A stretch of 64,000 nt of DNA, from assembly GCA_963720755.1 (NCBI GenBank), contig CAVRGP010000011.1, positions 736,001 to 800,000 of the forward strand. Direction: 5' to 3'. Each line of letters starts with the position of its first letter. Position 1 is the stretch's first letter. Shown in pieces: positions 36,712 to 45,394 of the stretch. Under the pieces are notes generated by a model. It did not search any database. It saw only the letters and a list, made by a program, of their open reading frames with translations, and was not told the DNA's origin. The DNA is from an uncultured Chloroflexia bacterium (GTDB taxonomy: Bacteria; Chloroflexota; Limnocylindria; Limnocylindrales; CSP1-4). Made by a program: the position numbers and the translations under genes.

Positions 36712-36830
36712 ACGGAGACGATAGCGGGTCGGACGTCTCGGGGCGTCCGGTTCGCCGCCATGCGACGGGTCATTCGGCCCTAGCGCGCTCGAGCTCGGGC
36801 GTCCATCGTGGGGTGACACAGGAGGCCGAC

Positions 36831-37229
36831 ATGACCATCGACGCGATCCCGCAGACCACCACGCCATTCAACGAGGACATCCTCGCCCGAACGAAGCGAA
36901 ACCACTACTTCCGAGAGGTCGTTTCGACTGGGCCGCACGCCCAGGTCGTGGTGATGAGCATCCCGCCGGCGGGCGACATCGGCGAAGAGATCCATGACGA
37001 CGTCGATCAGGTCCTCGTCTTTGTCGAAGGTGATGGCGTTGCCATCCTCGACGGTCGGCGGACCCCCGTCTCACCGGGCCGCCTCGTCCACGTCCCAGCA
37101 GGGCTGCGCCACAACTTCGTGAACGAGGGAACGACCGATCTCAAGTTGTACACGGTGTATGCCCCGCCGGAGCACGCCGAGGGCACGATCCACCGGACCA
37201 AGGCAGAGGCCGACGCTGACGAGGGCTAG
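36831..37229 (+). CDS. Cupin domain protein
   Basis: AGGAGG RBS; QVVVMSIPP..DIGEEIH..VDQ, VPAGLRHN and LYTVYAPPEH. Confidence 0.88.
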   Translation: MTIDAIPQTTTPFNEDILARTKRNHYFREVVSTGPHAQVVVMSIPPAGDIGEEIHDDVDQVLVFVEGDGVAILDGRRTPVSPGRLVHVPAGLRHNFVNEGTTDLKLYTVYAPPEHAEGTIHRTKAEADADEG

Positions 37230-37302
37230 CCGTTGACAATGGCGACGGGTCCGCGATAGTTGACCGTCTTACCCCGGACGACGCGACAGGAGACCCGACG
37301 CC

Positions 37303-37554
37303 ATGCCGCTGTACCTCGACACGCACGACCATGTCCCTGGCCTGACCGGTGAGGCCGTCGCCCAGGCGCATGCCGCGGACCTGGCGGTCCAGGGCAAGTA
37401 CGACGTCAAGTACCTGCGCTACTGGTACGACGAGGCGACCGGCAAGGTCTTCTGCCTCGCCGAAGCGCCAAGTCCAGAAGCAGCGGAAGCCGTCCACCGG
37501 GAGGCCCACGGCCTGCTCGCCGACTCGATCGTGGAGGTCAAAGAGGGAGCGTAG
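37303..37554 (+). CDS. DUF4242 (SCO4226-like nickel-binding) protein
   Basis: MPLYLDTH, AHAADL, YWYDE..GKVFCL.EAP and HREAHG; AGGAGA RBS, with TTGACA at 37233. Confidence 0.88.
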   Translation: MPLYLDTHDHVPGLTGEAVAQAHAADLAVQGKYDVKYLRYWYDEATGKVFCLAEAPSPEAAEAVHREAHGLLADSIVEVKEGA

Positions 37555-40303
37555 CCAGCGCCTCGTTCGGGGTCATCTGGCGGCCCTCGCGCCTGGCAGC
37601 CTCGAACCGCTCGGTCCCAAGGCGAGCCTCGAGGTTAGCCAGCTGCTGGTCATGCGCGGCGGCGGTCCGGGGCGGGACGATCGCCCGGATGGACTCCCGG
37701 AGTGACGTGGCGGCGCCATCGAGTCGGGCGGCGGCCTCCGGATCCTCGGTCGCGACCGCCCCGGCCAGGCTCTCCATCGCGCTGGCGAGGCCGGGCATGT
37801 CCCCGAGCTCCTGGCGGATCGCCAGGCTCTGCCGGAACAGCCCACGTGCGCGAGGCCCATCCCCATCGGCCAGTGCCAACTCGGCAAGCTGGGTCAGCAC
37901 GCGCGCGACGCCCCGTCGGTCGCCGAGCTCCTCGAGGATGGCCAGGGCTTCGATGTGGAGTGTCCGGGATCGCTCAAGCTGACCGGCTCGGTGGGCGATC
38001 CGCGCGAACGCATCCAGAGCGAACGCCTCCGTCCAGCGATCCCCCAGGCGCCGGATGGAGGCGAGGATCTCCTCCTCGAGCGATTGGGTGGCGGCCAGGT
38101 CGCCCTCCCGAGCCGCGACATCGGCAAGGTTGATGGATCCGAAGGCCGCGCCGCGCACGTCGCCGAGCTCCTTCGAGATCGAGATCGCCTCCTCGTAGAG
38201 TTCGCGGGCCCGCGCATTGTCGCCGAGCTGGATCGAGGTGTTCGCCAGGTTGTTCGCCGCGTAGGCCACGCCCTGTGGATCGCCGATCTGCCGCTGGAGC
38301 GCCAGGCTTTCGCTCTGGAGTTCCGCGGCGGCCCGGAGATCACCCTGCATGAACGCCAGATTGGCGGCGCCGGTCAGGGCATCGGCTCGCAGCGCGGACG
38401 TCTCCTCGCCGACAGCGTCCAGCATCCGATCCAGCCAGGCGCGCCCCTCGGAGAGGTGGCCACGGATCTCCCAGTACCGCCACAGGCCGGCTGCGATCCG
38501 CAGACCCGCCCGGGCCTCGCCGGGTTGATCGAGGCACCATTCGAGGGCGGCTCGAACGTCTTCGTGCTCGTCGTCGAGACGACGGAGCCAATCGATCGGT
38601 TCGGGACCGTGGAAAAAGGCAGGCGATGCCTTGTCGACAAGGGCGAGGAAGAGGTCGCGGTGACGCCGCAGCGTCGAATCGGCCTCGTCCGCCTCGACGA
38701 GCCGGCTGCGGGCGTACTCCCGGACGGTCTCGAGCAGCCGGAAATGGGCCTCCGACGAGGTCGGATCGGTGAACACCAGGGACTTCTCGACCAGCCGTCC
38801 GAGGAGGTCCAGGATGTCCATCGCGTCGACCGGGTCTCCCGCGCAGACTGACTCGGCTGCTTCGAGTGACGCTCCACTCGCGAACACGGACAGGCGTCGG
38901 AGCACCGCTCGCTCCGGCTCGGTCAACAGGTCGTAGCTCCAGTCGATCGTCGCGCGCAACGTCTGATGCCGGGCGACCGACGTTCGACTCCCGCCGGTCA
39001 GGAGCCGGAACCGATCGTCGAGGCGGGACGCGATCTGTTCGACCGGGAGCGCCCTGACGCGGGCCGCCGCGAGTTCGATGGCGAGCGGGATGCCGTCGAG
39101 GCGGCGGCACAGCTGCGCGACCGACCGGGCATTCTGGTCGGTCAATCCGAACGACGGCTGGACCGCCTGCGCGCGCTCCACGAACAGCTGACAGGCATCG
39201 ATCGATGCGAGGTCGCGTGCGCTGATGCTCGCGTCGACGCCGGGCGTCGAGAGCGAGGCGATCGGCAGGATCGCCTCGCCGGGCACGCCAAGCGCCTCCC
39301 GGCTGGTGACGACGATGCGAACCGTGGAGCAGACCTGGACGAGGTTCTCGGCAAGCTCGGCGGCCGCCGTGAGGACGGGGTCGCAGTCGTCGAGGACGAG
39401 GAGGAGTCGCTTGCCTTTGAGTTGATCGACGATCGTGGACAGCAGCGACCGCCCGGCCGGATCGGGCAGACCGATCGCACTCACCACCGAGGGCAGCAGG
39501 AAGCTCGGATCGCTGAGATTGCCGCACTCGATGATCCAGGTCCCGTCGTCGAATCGTTCGAGCAGCGTCCTGGCCAGGCGCCGTCCGATCCGGGTCTTGC
39601 CCACGCCACCCGGACCGGTCAGCGTCAGCAACGACGACTGGTCGAGCATCCGGGTCGCCTGCTCGATCTCACGGTCGCGACCGACGAAGCTCGTGACCTC
39701 GAGCTTGAGGTTGTTCCTCGGCGCATCGCCCGTCCTGGGCGGTGGGAAGTCGCGGGCCAGCCCTGGCCCGGAGACCTGATACAGGCGCTGGGCAGGCCCG
39801 TCGAGCGAGCGCAGGCTGTGCGCTCCCAGGTCGACCGTCCCCAGCGGTGGCCGAAGGTCCTCGGCGACCAAGTCCCGGGTGGTCTGCGAGATCAGGATCT
39901 GGCCGCCGTGACCGGCCGAGCAGATCCTGGCGGCCCGGTGGACGTCCAGTCCGATATAGCCCTCGGTTGCGTTGCGCGGCTCCCCGGTATGGATCCCCAT
40001 CCGGTCACGCACGACGGCGTCGCCGGGCCAGGGGTGGGCCGCGAGGGCCAGCTGCGCGTCGACCGCCGCCTGGACGGCCTCTCGCGCGCTCGCGAAGACG
40101 AAATAGAGCCCATCGCCGGCCGAGCCGCGCTCGAATGCGCCATGCCGGGCGAATGCCTCGCGGATCAACCGATTGTGGTCGGCCAGCACCTCCGGATACC
40201 GGTCGCCGAGCGACTGGAGCAACGCCGTCGAGCCCTCGATGTCGGTGAAGACCATCGTGACGGTCCCGGCCGGAAGCCCCGGCGCCTGTGAATCGATGGA
40301 CAA
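37538..40303 (-). CDS. Class III adenylate/guanylate cyclase fused to a STAND (NB-ARC-like) ATPase and TPR repeats
   Basis: FTDIEGST, GDG, RMGIHTGE and HRAARI (cyclase); FVGRDRE, GPGGVGKT, LLVLDDC, TSRE and LDGIPLAIELAAAR; C-terminal TPRs. GAGGAG RBS precedes TTG 40303. Confidence 0.93.
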   Translation of the reverse strand: MSIDSQAPGLPAGTVTMVFTDIEGSTALLQSLGDRYPEVLADHNRLIREAFARHGAFERGSAGDGLYFVFASAREAVQAAVDAQLALAAHPWPGDAVVRDRMGIHTGEPRNATEGYIGLDVHRAARICSAGHGGQILISQTTRDLVAEDLRPPLGTVDLGAHSLRSLDGPAQRLYQVSGPGLARDFPPPRTGDAPRNNLKLEVTSFVGRDREIEQATRMLDQSSLLTLTGPGGVGKTRIGRRLARTLLERFDDGTWIIECGNLSDPSFLLPSVVSAIGLPDPAGRSLLSTIVDQLKGKRLLLVLDDCDPVLTAAAELAENLVQVCSTVRIVVTSREALGVPGEAILPIASLSTPGVDASISARDLASIDACQLFVERAQAVQPSFGLTDQNARSVAQLCRRLDGIPLAIELAAARVRALPVEQIASRLDDRFRLLTGGSRTSVARHQTLRATIDWSYDLLTEPERAVLRRLSVFASGASLEAAESVCAGDPVDAMDILDLLGRLVEKSLVFTDPTSSEAHFRLLETVREYARSRLVEADEADSTLRRHRDLFLALVDKASPAFFHGPEPIDWLRRLDDEHEDVRAALEWCLDQPGEARAGLRIAAGLWRYWEIRGHLSEGRAWLDRMLDAVGEETSALRADALTGAANLAFMQGDLRAAAELQSESLALQRQIGDPQGVAYAANNLANTSIQLGDNARARELYEEAISISKELGDVRGAAFGSINLADVAAREGDLAATQSLEEEILASIRRLGDRWTEAFALDAFARIAHRAGQLERSRTLHIEALAILEELGDRRGVARVLTQLAELALADGDGPRARGLFRQSLAIRQELGDMPGLASAMESLAGAVATEDPEAAARLDGAATSLRESIRAIVPPRTAAAHDQQLANLEARLGTERFEAARREGRQMTPNEALATLPL

Positions 40304-40438
40304 CGATCGGCTCCTCTGTCGACTCGGACCCAGAAGACTACGCGGAACGCCGATGGTACGGCGTCTCCGACCCGTTGCCACGCATCATCGACGAGGGGAG
40401 CCGATCGTCAGGCCCGGCCCGGCTGCCGAGAGGACCCG

Positions 40439-41268
40439 TCAGCTGGGCTTTGTCGAGGCAGCTCGTGAGCGGGCGGTCGAACTGGCGGAAGGAGGTGTCA
40501 GCCCGCAATCCGGGGTCGTGCAGAGTTCCAGACCCAGCTCGGTCAGGCCCTCGGCGAGGGGCGTGAATCCGAGGTTGCCGGCGAGGCTTCGCGAGGTGAT
40601 CCCGGCGGGCTCTCCTCGGACCAGCACGACGCTGCCGGAGTCGCCACCACCGACCTGGAGTCGCGAGGCGATCAGGCACGGGAAGTAGGAGCCGTCCTGC
40701 GCGGCATCCTGCAGGTAGGAGCCCTTCTCGAGGACCGTCCCGGTGCGGTAGATGCCGCGTCCGTCCATCTCGATCGGATCCCCGACGGCGACGTCGGTAC
40801 AGGCGAGCGGCTGGCTGTCCGGCGCGAGGATCCGGTAGCCGCCGACCCCGAGGTCGATCTCGTTGAGGTGGCCCCACGGGATCCGGTCGGGCGCGACGAT
40901 GAGGTAGTTCATGTCCGACGCCTGACAGGTGTGGTCCGGATAGGCGCAGGTGGCGTCCTGTGCCGTCGGGCCGAAGATGCCCTGGACGGTCCCGTCGGGC
41001 GACGTCGCGGTCGTGCCCATGCCAGCACAATGCGGCGACGACGTGAGCACGATGGTGTCACCGAGCCGCGCATAGACGCCGGCTGAGCAGTAGCCAGGGA
41101 TCCACTGGCCGGCCAGGACCGGAGGGTCGTAGACGGTGTCGTACGGTGCGGCGTCGTGATGGCACGCACGACCGTGAAGGTTCCGAGCCCGAGCGCGAGT
41201 CCGGCCAGGACGACGATGACCAGGCGGACGGGACGGATGCGGATCCGGGCTCGAGTCGTGGGCACCAT
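40439..41268 (-). CDS. Membrane-anchored or secreted S1 (chymotrypsin-like) serine protease, frameshifted near 41150
   Basis: CSAG, TSSPHC (His), SD (Asp) and GDSGS (Ser). The basic and hydrophobic N-terminus lies in the adjacent frame (40909..41268). Confidence 0.7.
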
Positions 41269-41339
41269 GGCCCAACCGTCGCATCGCGGTTCGTCGGCGC
41301 AACACCCTCAAGGTCCTGGGACCTCGGGTCGGTCCGCGG

Positions 41340-41984
41340 TCAACGGCGGAGCATCGTCAGCACCGCCAGCACCCGCCGGTTCAGGTCCGGAGACGGCTCG
41401 AGGTCGAGCTTCTGGAACACGACGGCCGAGGCGGCCTCCACCGTGCGCTCGCTGATCCCGAGTTCACGGGCGATGCCCGCGTTCGACCGGCCCTCGGCCA
41501 TCAGGGCGAGAATCTCGCGTTCGCGGCTCGTGAGTGACTCGAGTGGCGAGTCGGGCCGCCTCCCGCGCATGAGTTGGGCCACGATGGTCGGGTCGATCAC
41601 GCACTCGCCCTCGGTGACCCGGCGCAGGGCATCCACGAGCACGGCGATGTTCGAGACCCGCTCCTTGAGCAGGTACCCGAGTCCGCCGGGCTGGTCGGCG
41701 AGCAGGCGCTGCGCATAGCGCGGCTCCACGTACTGGCTGAGCAGCACGACGGCGGTTGACGGGTGCTCGTCGCGGATCCGCCGCGCGGCGACCAGGCCCT
41801 CATCACTGTGCGTGGGCGGCATCCGGATGTCGACGATCGCGACGTCGGGCTGCTGGCGGACGACGAGCGTCAGTAGCTCATCGGCGTCGCCCGCCTCGCC
41901 CACGACTTCGACGCCGGCATCAGCGAGCAAGCGCGCCAGCCCGGACCGGACCAGCATCACGTCGTCGGCGATGACTACTCGCAT
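41340..41984 (-). CDS. NarL/LuxR family response regulator
   Basis: VVIADD, VDIRMPP (phospho-Asp), LSQY, YLLK and the LuxR HTH LTSREREILALMAEGRSNAGIA. Confidence 0.96.
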   Translation of the reverse strand: MRVVIADDVMLVRSGLARLLADAGVEVVGEAGDADELLTLVVRQQPDVAIVDIRMPPTHSDEGLVAARRIRDEHPSTAVVLLSQYVEPRYAQRLLADQPGGLGYLLKERVSNIAVLVDALRRVTEGECVIDPTIVAQLMRGRRPDSPLESLTSREREILALMAEGRSNAGIARELGISERTVEAASAVVFQKLDLEPSPDLNRRVLAVLTMLRR

Positions 41985-43708
41985 GGCATCTCCGCAGAGA
42001 GAAGGACGCCATCCTCGATGGACCCGACGACGAAGCGGCCGCCGACGGCACCGACCCTGTCGGCCAGATCAGTGAGGTCAGTCTGTTCCATGGCCGGGCA
42101 TCCGAGCAACCGCAGGCGGAAGTGCGCGGTGCCGCCATCCACGGTCACCACGATGCTGGCCGACGGAGAGCCCGGAGCGCGGCGTGCATGCGCTAACACG
42201 GTCGCAACAACGGCATATGCGGCCAGGGCGACATCGCGCTGAAGATCGAGCTGGGGAACATCGAACGTAACTGGCACCTCGGACGCCCGGGCCAGGTCTT
42301 CCAGGGCCGCGGTAAGGCCATGGGTCGCGAGCGTGGCAGGAAAGATCCCGTGCCCAAGCTCACGGAGGTGGGCAAGTGCCTCCCGAACGGCCGCTTCGGC
42401 CCGGCTCAGGTGCTCGTCTCCTGATATCAGGCGGGCGCGGGCAAGACTGAGCTGGAACGAGGCGCTGACCAAACGCTGCTGGGCGCCGTCGTGCAGATCG
42501 CGTTCGATACGCTGCCGTTCGGCGTCAGACGCCTCGACGATCCGGCGCTGGGAACTGCGAACATCGGCGAGGCGCGCCCTGCTCACGGCTTCAAGGCGAA
42601 GGTTCTGGATCGCCAACATGGTGGCTGGGGTGAGCGACGCCGCGACCTCAACGGGGTCGTCGCCCGAGGCGACGCCCAGACGGAGCGCCGGGCCGGAAGC
42701 GTCCGAGATCACGACGCCCCGAGCCACGTCGTGCGCCGGTTCGATCTCGACGCCGAACACGTCAACCCATCGGCCGTCGCCTGGAACCGCGAACTGGACC
42801 TCGCGGGCGTGGCCGCCAGCCCGACGATGCCGAGGCAGGCGCGCGCCGGCGAGGTCGTCGACTAGTTCCCGCACCTCCGTCCGAACCTGGCGCGCAGTGA
42901 TTCCCGCGGCGAGGGGTGCGAACCCGATCAGAAGGGCCGCGGCCACGCTCGGGAGCAGATCAGCGATGCGCGACGGAGCCTCCGTCCAGGTAGTCGCGTG
43001 CCTGATCCAGGGTAGGGCGAGGATCACGACGGCGAGAATTGCCGCCCGCGGGACCATGCTGGAGCGGCGATACGGACCCGGCCGGATCAGCCCGAGCACG
43101 GCGATGACCCCGGCTGCGCTCGTGAATGTCGTGGCAAGCACGTACGCTGCATGTCCCGAGAGCAGGCCGTTGGCCAGTGGCTCGACCCCACTACACGTCC
43201 GGCTGCATCCTGGATCGGTGAGGGGGTTGTACCCGGCCGCCTGCACGAGAACCGCGGCGGCTGCGAACCCATAGATCGCGACGAGCGGGGCGCCGGTGCT
43301 CGTACCCGGCGACCAGCGCAACCCGACGTGCGCGGCACCGGCGAGGGCCATCGGTGCGACGGCGAGCGCATACGCCCGCGCGTCGGCGGATGGCGTTGTC
43401 CATCCGGCCCACGTGGGCACGAGCAAACCGACGGTCGCGACGGCGAGTCCGACCGCTACGGCCGGCCGGTCGCTGCTGGAGATCCAGGCAGCCCCGACGA
43501 TCCCTAGACTCGCAACGAAGGCGATCGCGATCAACCAGGCTGGGAGGGCCAGCTCGAATGGGGATGCCCGATATTCGGGTATCGATACCCCCACGGTCAG
43601 CAGCGCGACACCGCTCGACACCAACGCCGCCACCAGTCCGACTGCACCACGGGGTCGGATCGCCAGCGACGTGATCGACACGCGGGCGCGCATGGTCATG
43701 CGTGGCAT
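41975..43708 (-). CDS. Membrane sensor histidine kinase (HisKA_3): intact H-box, degenerate ATPase domain
   Basis: Multi-TM N-terminus and ERQRIERDLHDGAQQRL. The N-box reads TVLAHARRA and the G1 box reads LLG. Start codon uncertain. Confidence 0.85.
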   Translation of the reverse strand: MPRMTMRARVSITSLAIRPRGAVGLVAALVSSGVALLTVGVSIPEYRASPFELALPAWLIAIAFVASLGIVGAAWISSSDRPAVAVGLAVATVGLLVPTWAGWTTPSADARAYALAVAPMALAGAAHVGLRWSPGTSTGAPLVAIYGFAAAAVLVQAAGYNPLTDPGCSRTCSGVEPLANGLLSGHAAYVLATTFTSAAGVIAVLGLIRPGPYRRSSMVPRAAILAVVILALPWIRHATTWTEAPSRIADLLPSVAAALLIGFAPLAAGITARQVRTEVRELVDDLAGARLPRHRRAGGHAREVQFAVPGDGRWVDVFGVEIEPAHDVARGVVISDASGPALRLGVASGDDPVEVAASLTPATMLAIQNLRLEAVSRARLADVRSSQRRIVEASDAERQRIERDLHDGAQQRLVSASFQLSLARARLISGDEHLSRAEAAVREALAHLRELGHGIFPATLATHGLTAALEDLARASEVPVTFDVPQLDLQRDVALAAYAVVATVLAHARRAPGSPSASIVVTVDGGTAHFRLRLLGCPAMEQTDLTDLADRVGAVGGRFVVGSIEDGVLLSAEMPCE

Positions 43709-43831
43709 TGTGCGACGCATTCGTCCGGTTGATACTCGTGTTTCCCGAAAGGCGAGCCGTGTCAGCCCGCTTCGAGCGGCCACCGTCGAGCGGTACAACC
43801 TGCACATTCAGCCGCGATGTGAGGACCGATC

Positions 43832-45394
43832 ATGAACGGGCAGCGAGTCGGCAGGTTCATTTCTCTCGCCCTCGGTGCGGGGCTGATCGCCGGGTGCGCC
43901 ACCACTCCGCAACCGCAACCAGCGCAGGACAAGGCGGGAACGCAAACGCTCGTCCTGAAGCTTGGCGCCGTCGACTCGATCGCGATCAACGGCCTCTCCT
44001 TTGGCCAGGCAGCCTTCATCGAGGACCTCGAGACGGTGTCCGGCGGACTGGTCAAGGCTGACGTCATCACCAGCTTTGGCGACCAGGCGCCTGATGCGGA
44101 GTCCCAGTTGGTCAGGGCGATCGCTTCCGGTGACATCGACGGCGGTTGGCCGTCGACCCGAGCGTTCGCGAACGCCGGGATCACCGGCCTCGAGGCCGTC
44201 GAGGCTCCGCTGACGATCACGAACTACGCTGCCAGCAAGGCACTGGTGTCCGGGCCGGTCGCGACCGATCTCCTCGATCAGCTGAATGGCACGGGAGTCG
44301 TTGGTCTTGGGTTGGCCGTCGGTCCGCTCCGCCGGCCATTCGCGGCACAGGCGGCGCTGGTGGAGCCGGCAGATTGGAAGGGCGCGACGTTTCGTTCGTT
44401 CAACTCGCCGGTGCAGACCGAGGTGATCCGCGCTCTCGGCGCCACCCCGGTCATCGCCGCCAACGATTGGGTCGATCAGATGAATGCTGGGACGCTCCGC
44501 GGGGCCGAATTCGACATCGAACAGTATTTCGAGAATGGTGCGACGCAAGCCCCGTACGTGACCGCGAATGTGGTCCTCTGGCCAAAGGTGTTCGTGCTCG
44601 CTCTCAGCCAGAAGCGCTTTGACGCCATGTCGGATCAGCAGCGGGCCTGGGTCCAGCAGGCGGCCGAGGCGGCGACCAAGGCATCGGTCGATGCGACCTA
44701 TGACGAGTCGGCGGCGGCCGCCGAACTTTGCGCGCGAGGCGTCCATTTTGTCGAGGCAAACTCGAACCAGCTTGCGCAGCTCCGCGACGCAGTCAGCCCC
44801 GTCATCAAGAAGCTTGCAGCCGATCCATTGAGCGGGCCGATCCTGACGGAGATCCAGGCCGTCGCCGCCCGGTATCCACAGGTTGAGGAACCGACCGTGC
44901 CCCCGTCCTGCCACGAGACTGCCGCGCCCAGCTCAAGTCCGGGTATTCCTGAGGACGTCGCATCGCTGCCGGACGGCGTCTACCGTGAAGAGGTGACGGT
45001 GGCGGACGCTCAGGGTCCCAAGTTCAAGGATCCAGGCCTCCGTGGCACCTGGACACTCACGGTCGATCACGGCACCTTCGCGCTCAGTTGTCGGTTCATC
45101 GACGCGCCCGACACGGATTGTGGACAGAGCCATGCGGATGGGGCGACGGTGGAGGTTGGCCGGCTCCGCGGCACCGGGAACACGGTCTACTTCGTCGGCG
45201 ACCTGGACATGCTGCGAGAGACGACCGGATGTCTGCTCCCGATCTCGATGACGCTGGATGGGCACTGCGTCGTGATCCCGCCGTACTGGTTCACCTGGTC
45301 ACTCGACGGTGACCAACTGACGTTCAAGGCCGTGGGGGGCGAGTTCGTCAACCTGCAGCAATTCTCGGTCAGGGCTTGGACCAGGATCAGCTAG
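43832..45394 (+). CDS. TRAP-type DctP-like substrate-binding lipoprotein with an extra C-terminal domain
   Basis: Lipobox LIAGC; ESQLVRAIASGDID, EAPL, DWKGATFR...IRALGATPV and FDAMSDQQRAWVQQAA; about 165 aa of Cys-containing C-terminal extension. Confidence 0.85.
   Translation: MNGQRVGRFISLALGAGLIAGCATTPQPQPAQDKAGTQTLVLKLGAVDSIAINGLSFGQAAFIEDLETVSGGLVKADVITSFGDQAPDAESQLVRAIASGDIDGGWPSTRAFANAGITGLEAVEAPLTITNYAASKALVSGPVATDLLDQLNGTGVVGLGLAVGPLRRPFAAQAALVEPADWKGATFRSFNSPVQTEVIRALGATPVIAANDWVDQMNAGTLRGAEFDIEQYFENGATQAPYVTANVVLWPKVFVLALSQKRFDAMSDQQRAWVQQAAEAATKASVDATYDESAAAAELCARGVHFVEANSNQLAQLRDAVSPVIKKLAADPLSGPILTEIQAVAARYPQVEEPTVPPSCHETAAPSSSPGIPEDVASLPDGVYREEVTVADAQGPKFKDPGLRGTWTLTVDHGTFALSCRFIDAPDTDCGQSHADGATVEVGRLRGTGNTVYFVGDLDMLRETTGCLLPISMTLDGHCVVIPPYWFTWSLDGDQLTFKAVGGEFVNLQQFSVRAWTRIS

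Noticed and set aside
37538-40303. STAND protein as an Avs-type antiphage system
   Set aside because: The N-terminus is a class III cyclase, not a nuclease, TIR or SIR2 effector. The ATPase is of the common regulatory AfsR-like type and no defence genes are nearby.
41269-41339. Third copy of the shared regulator motif upstream of the protease
   Set aside because: Only a weak single CGAG-N3-CCAG unit is present, without the 21-bp partner or the matching -10 spacing.
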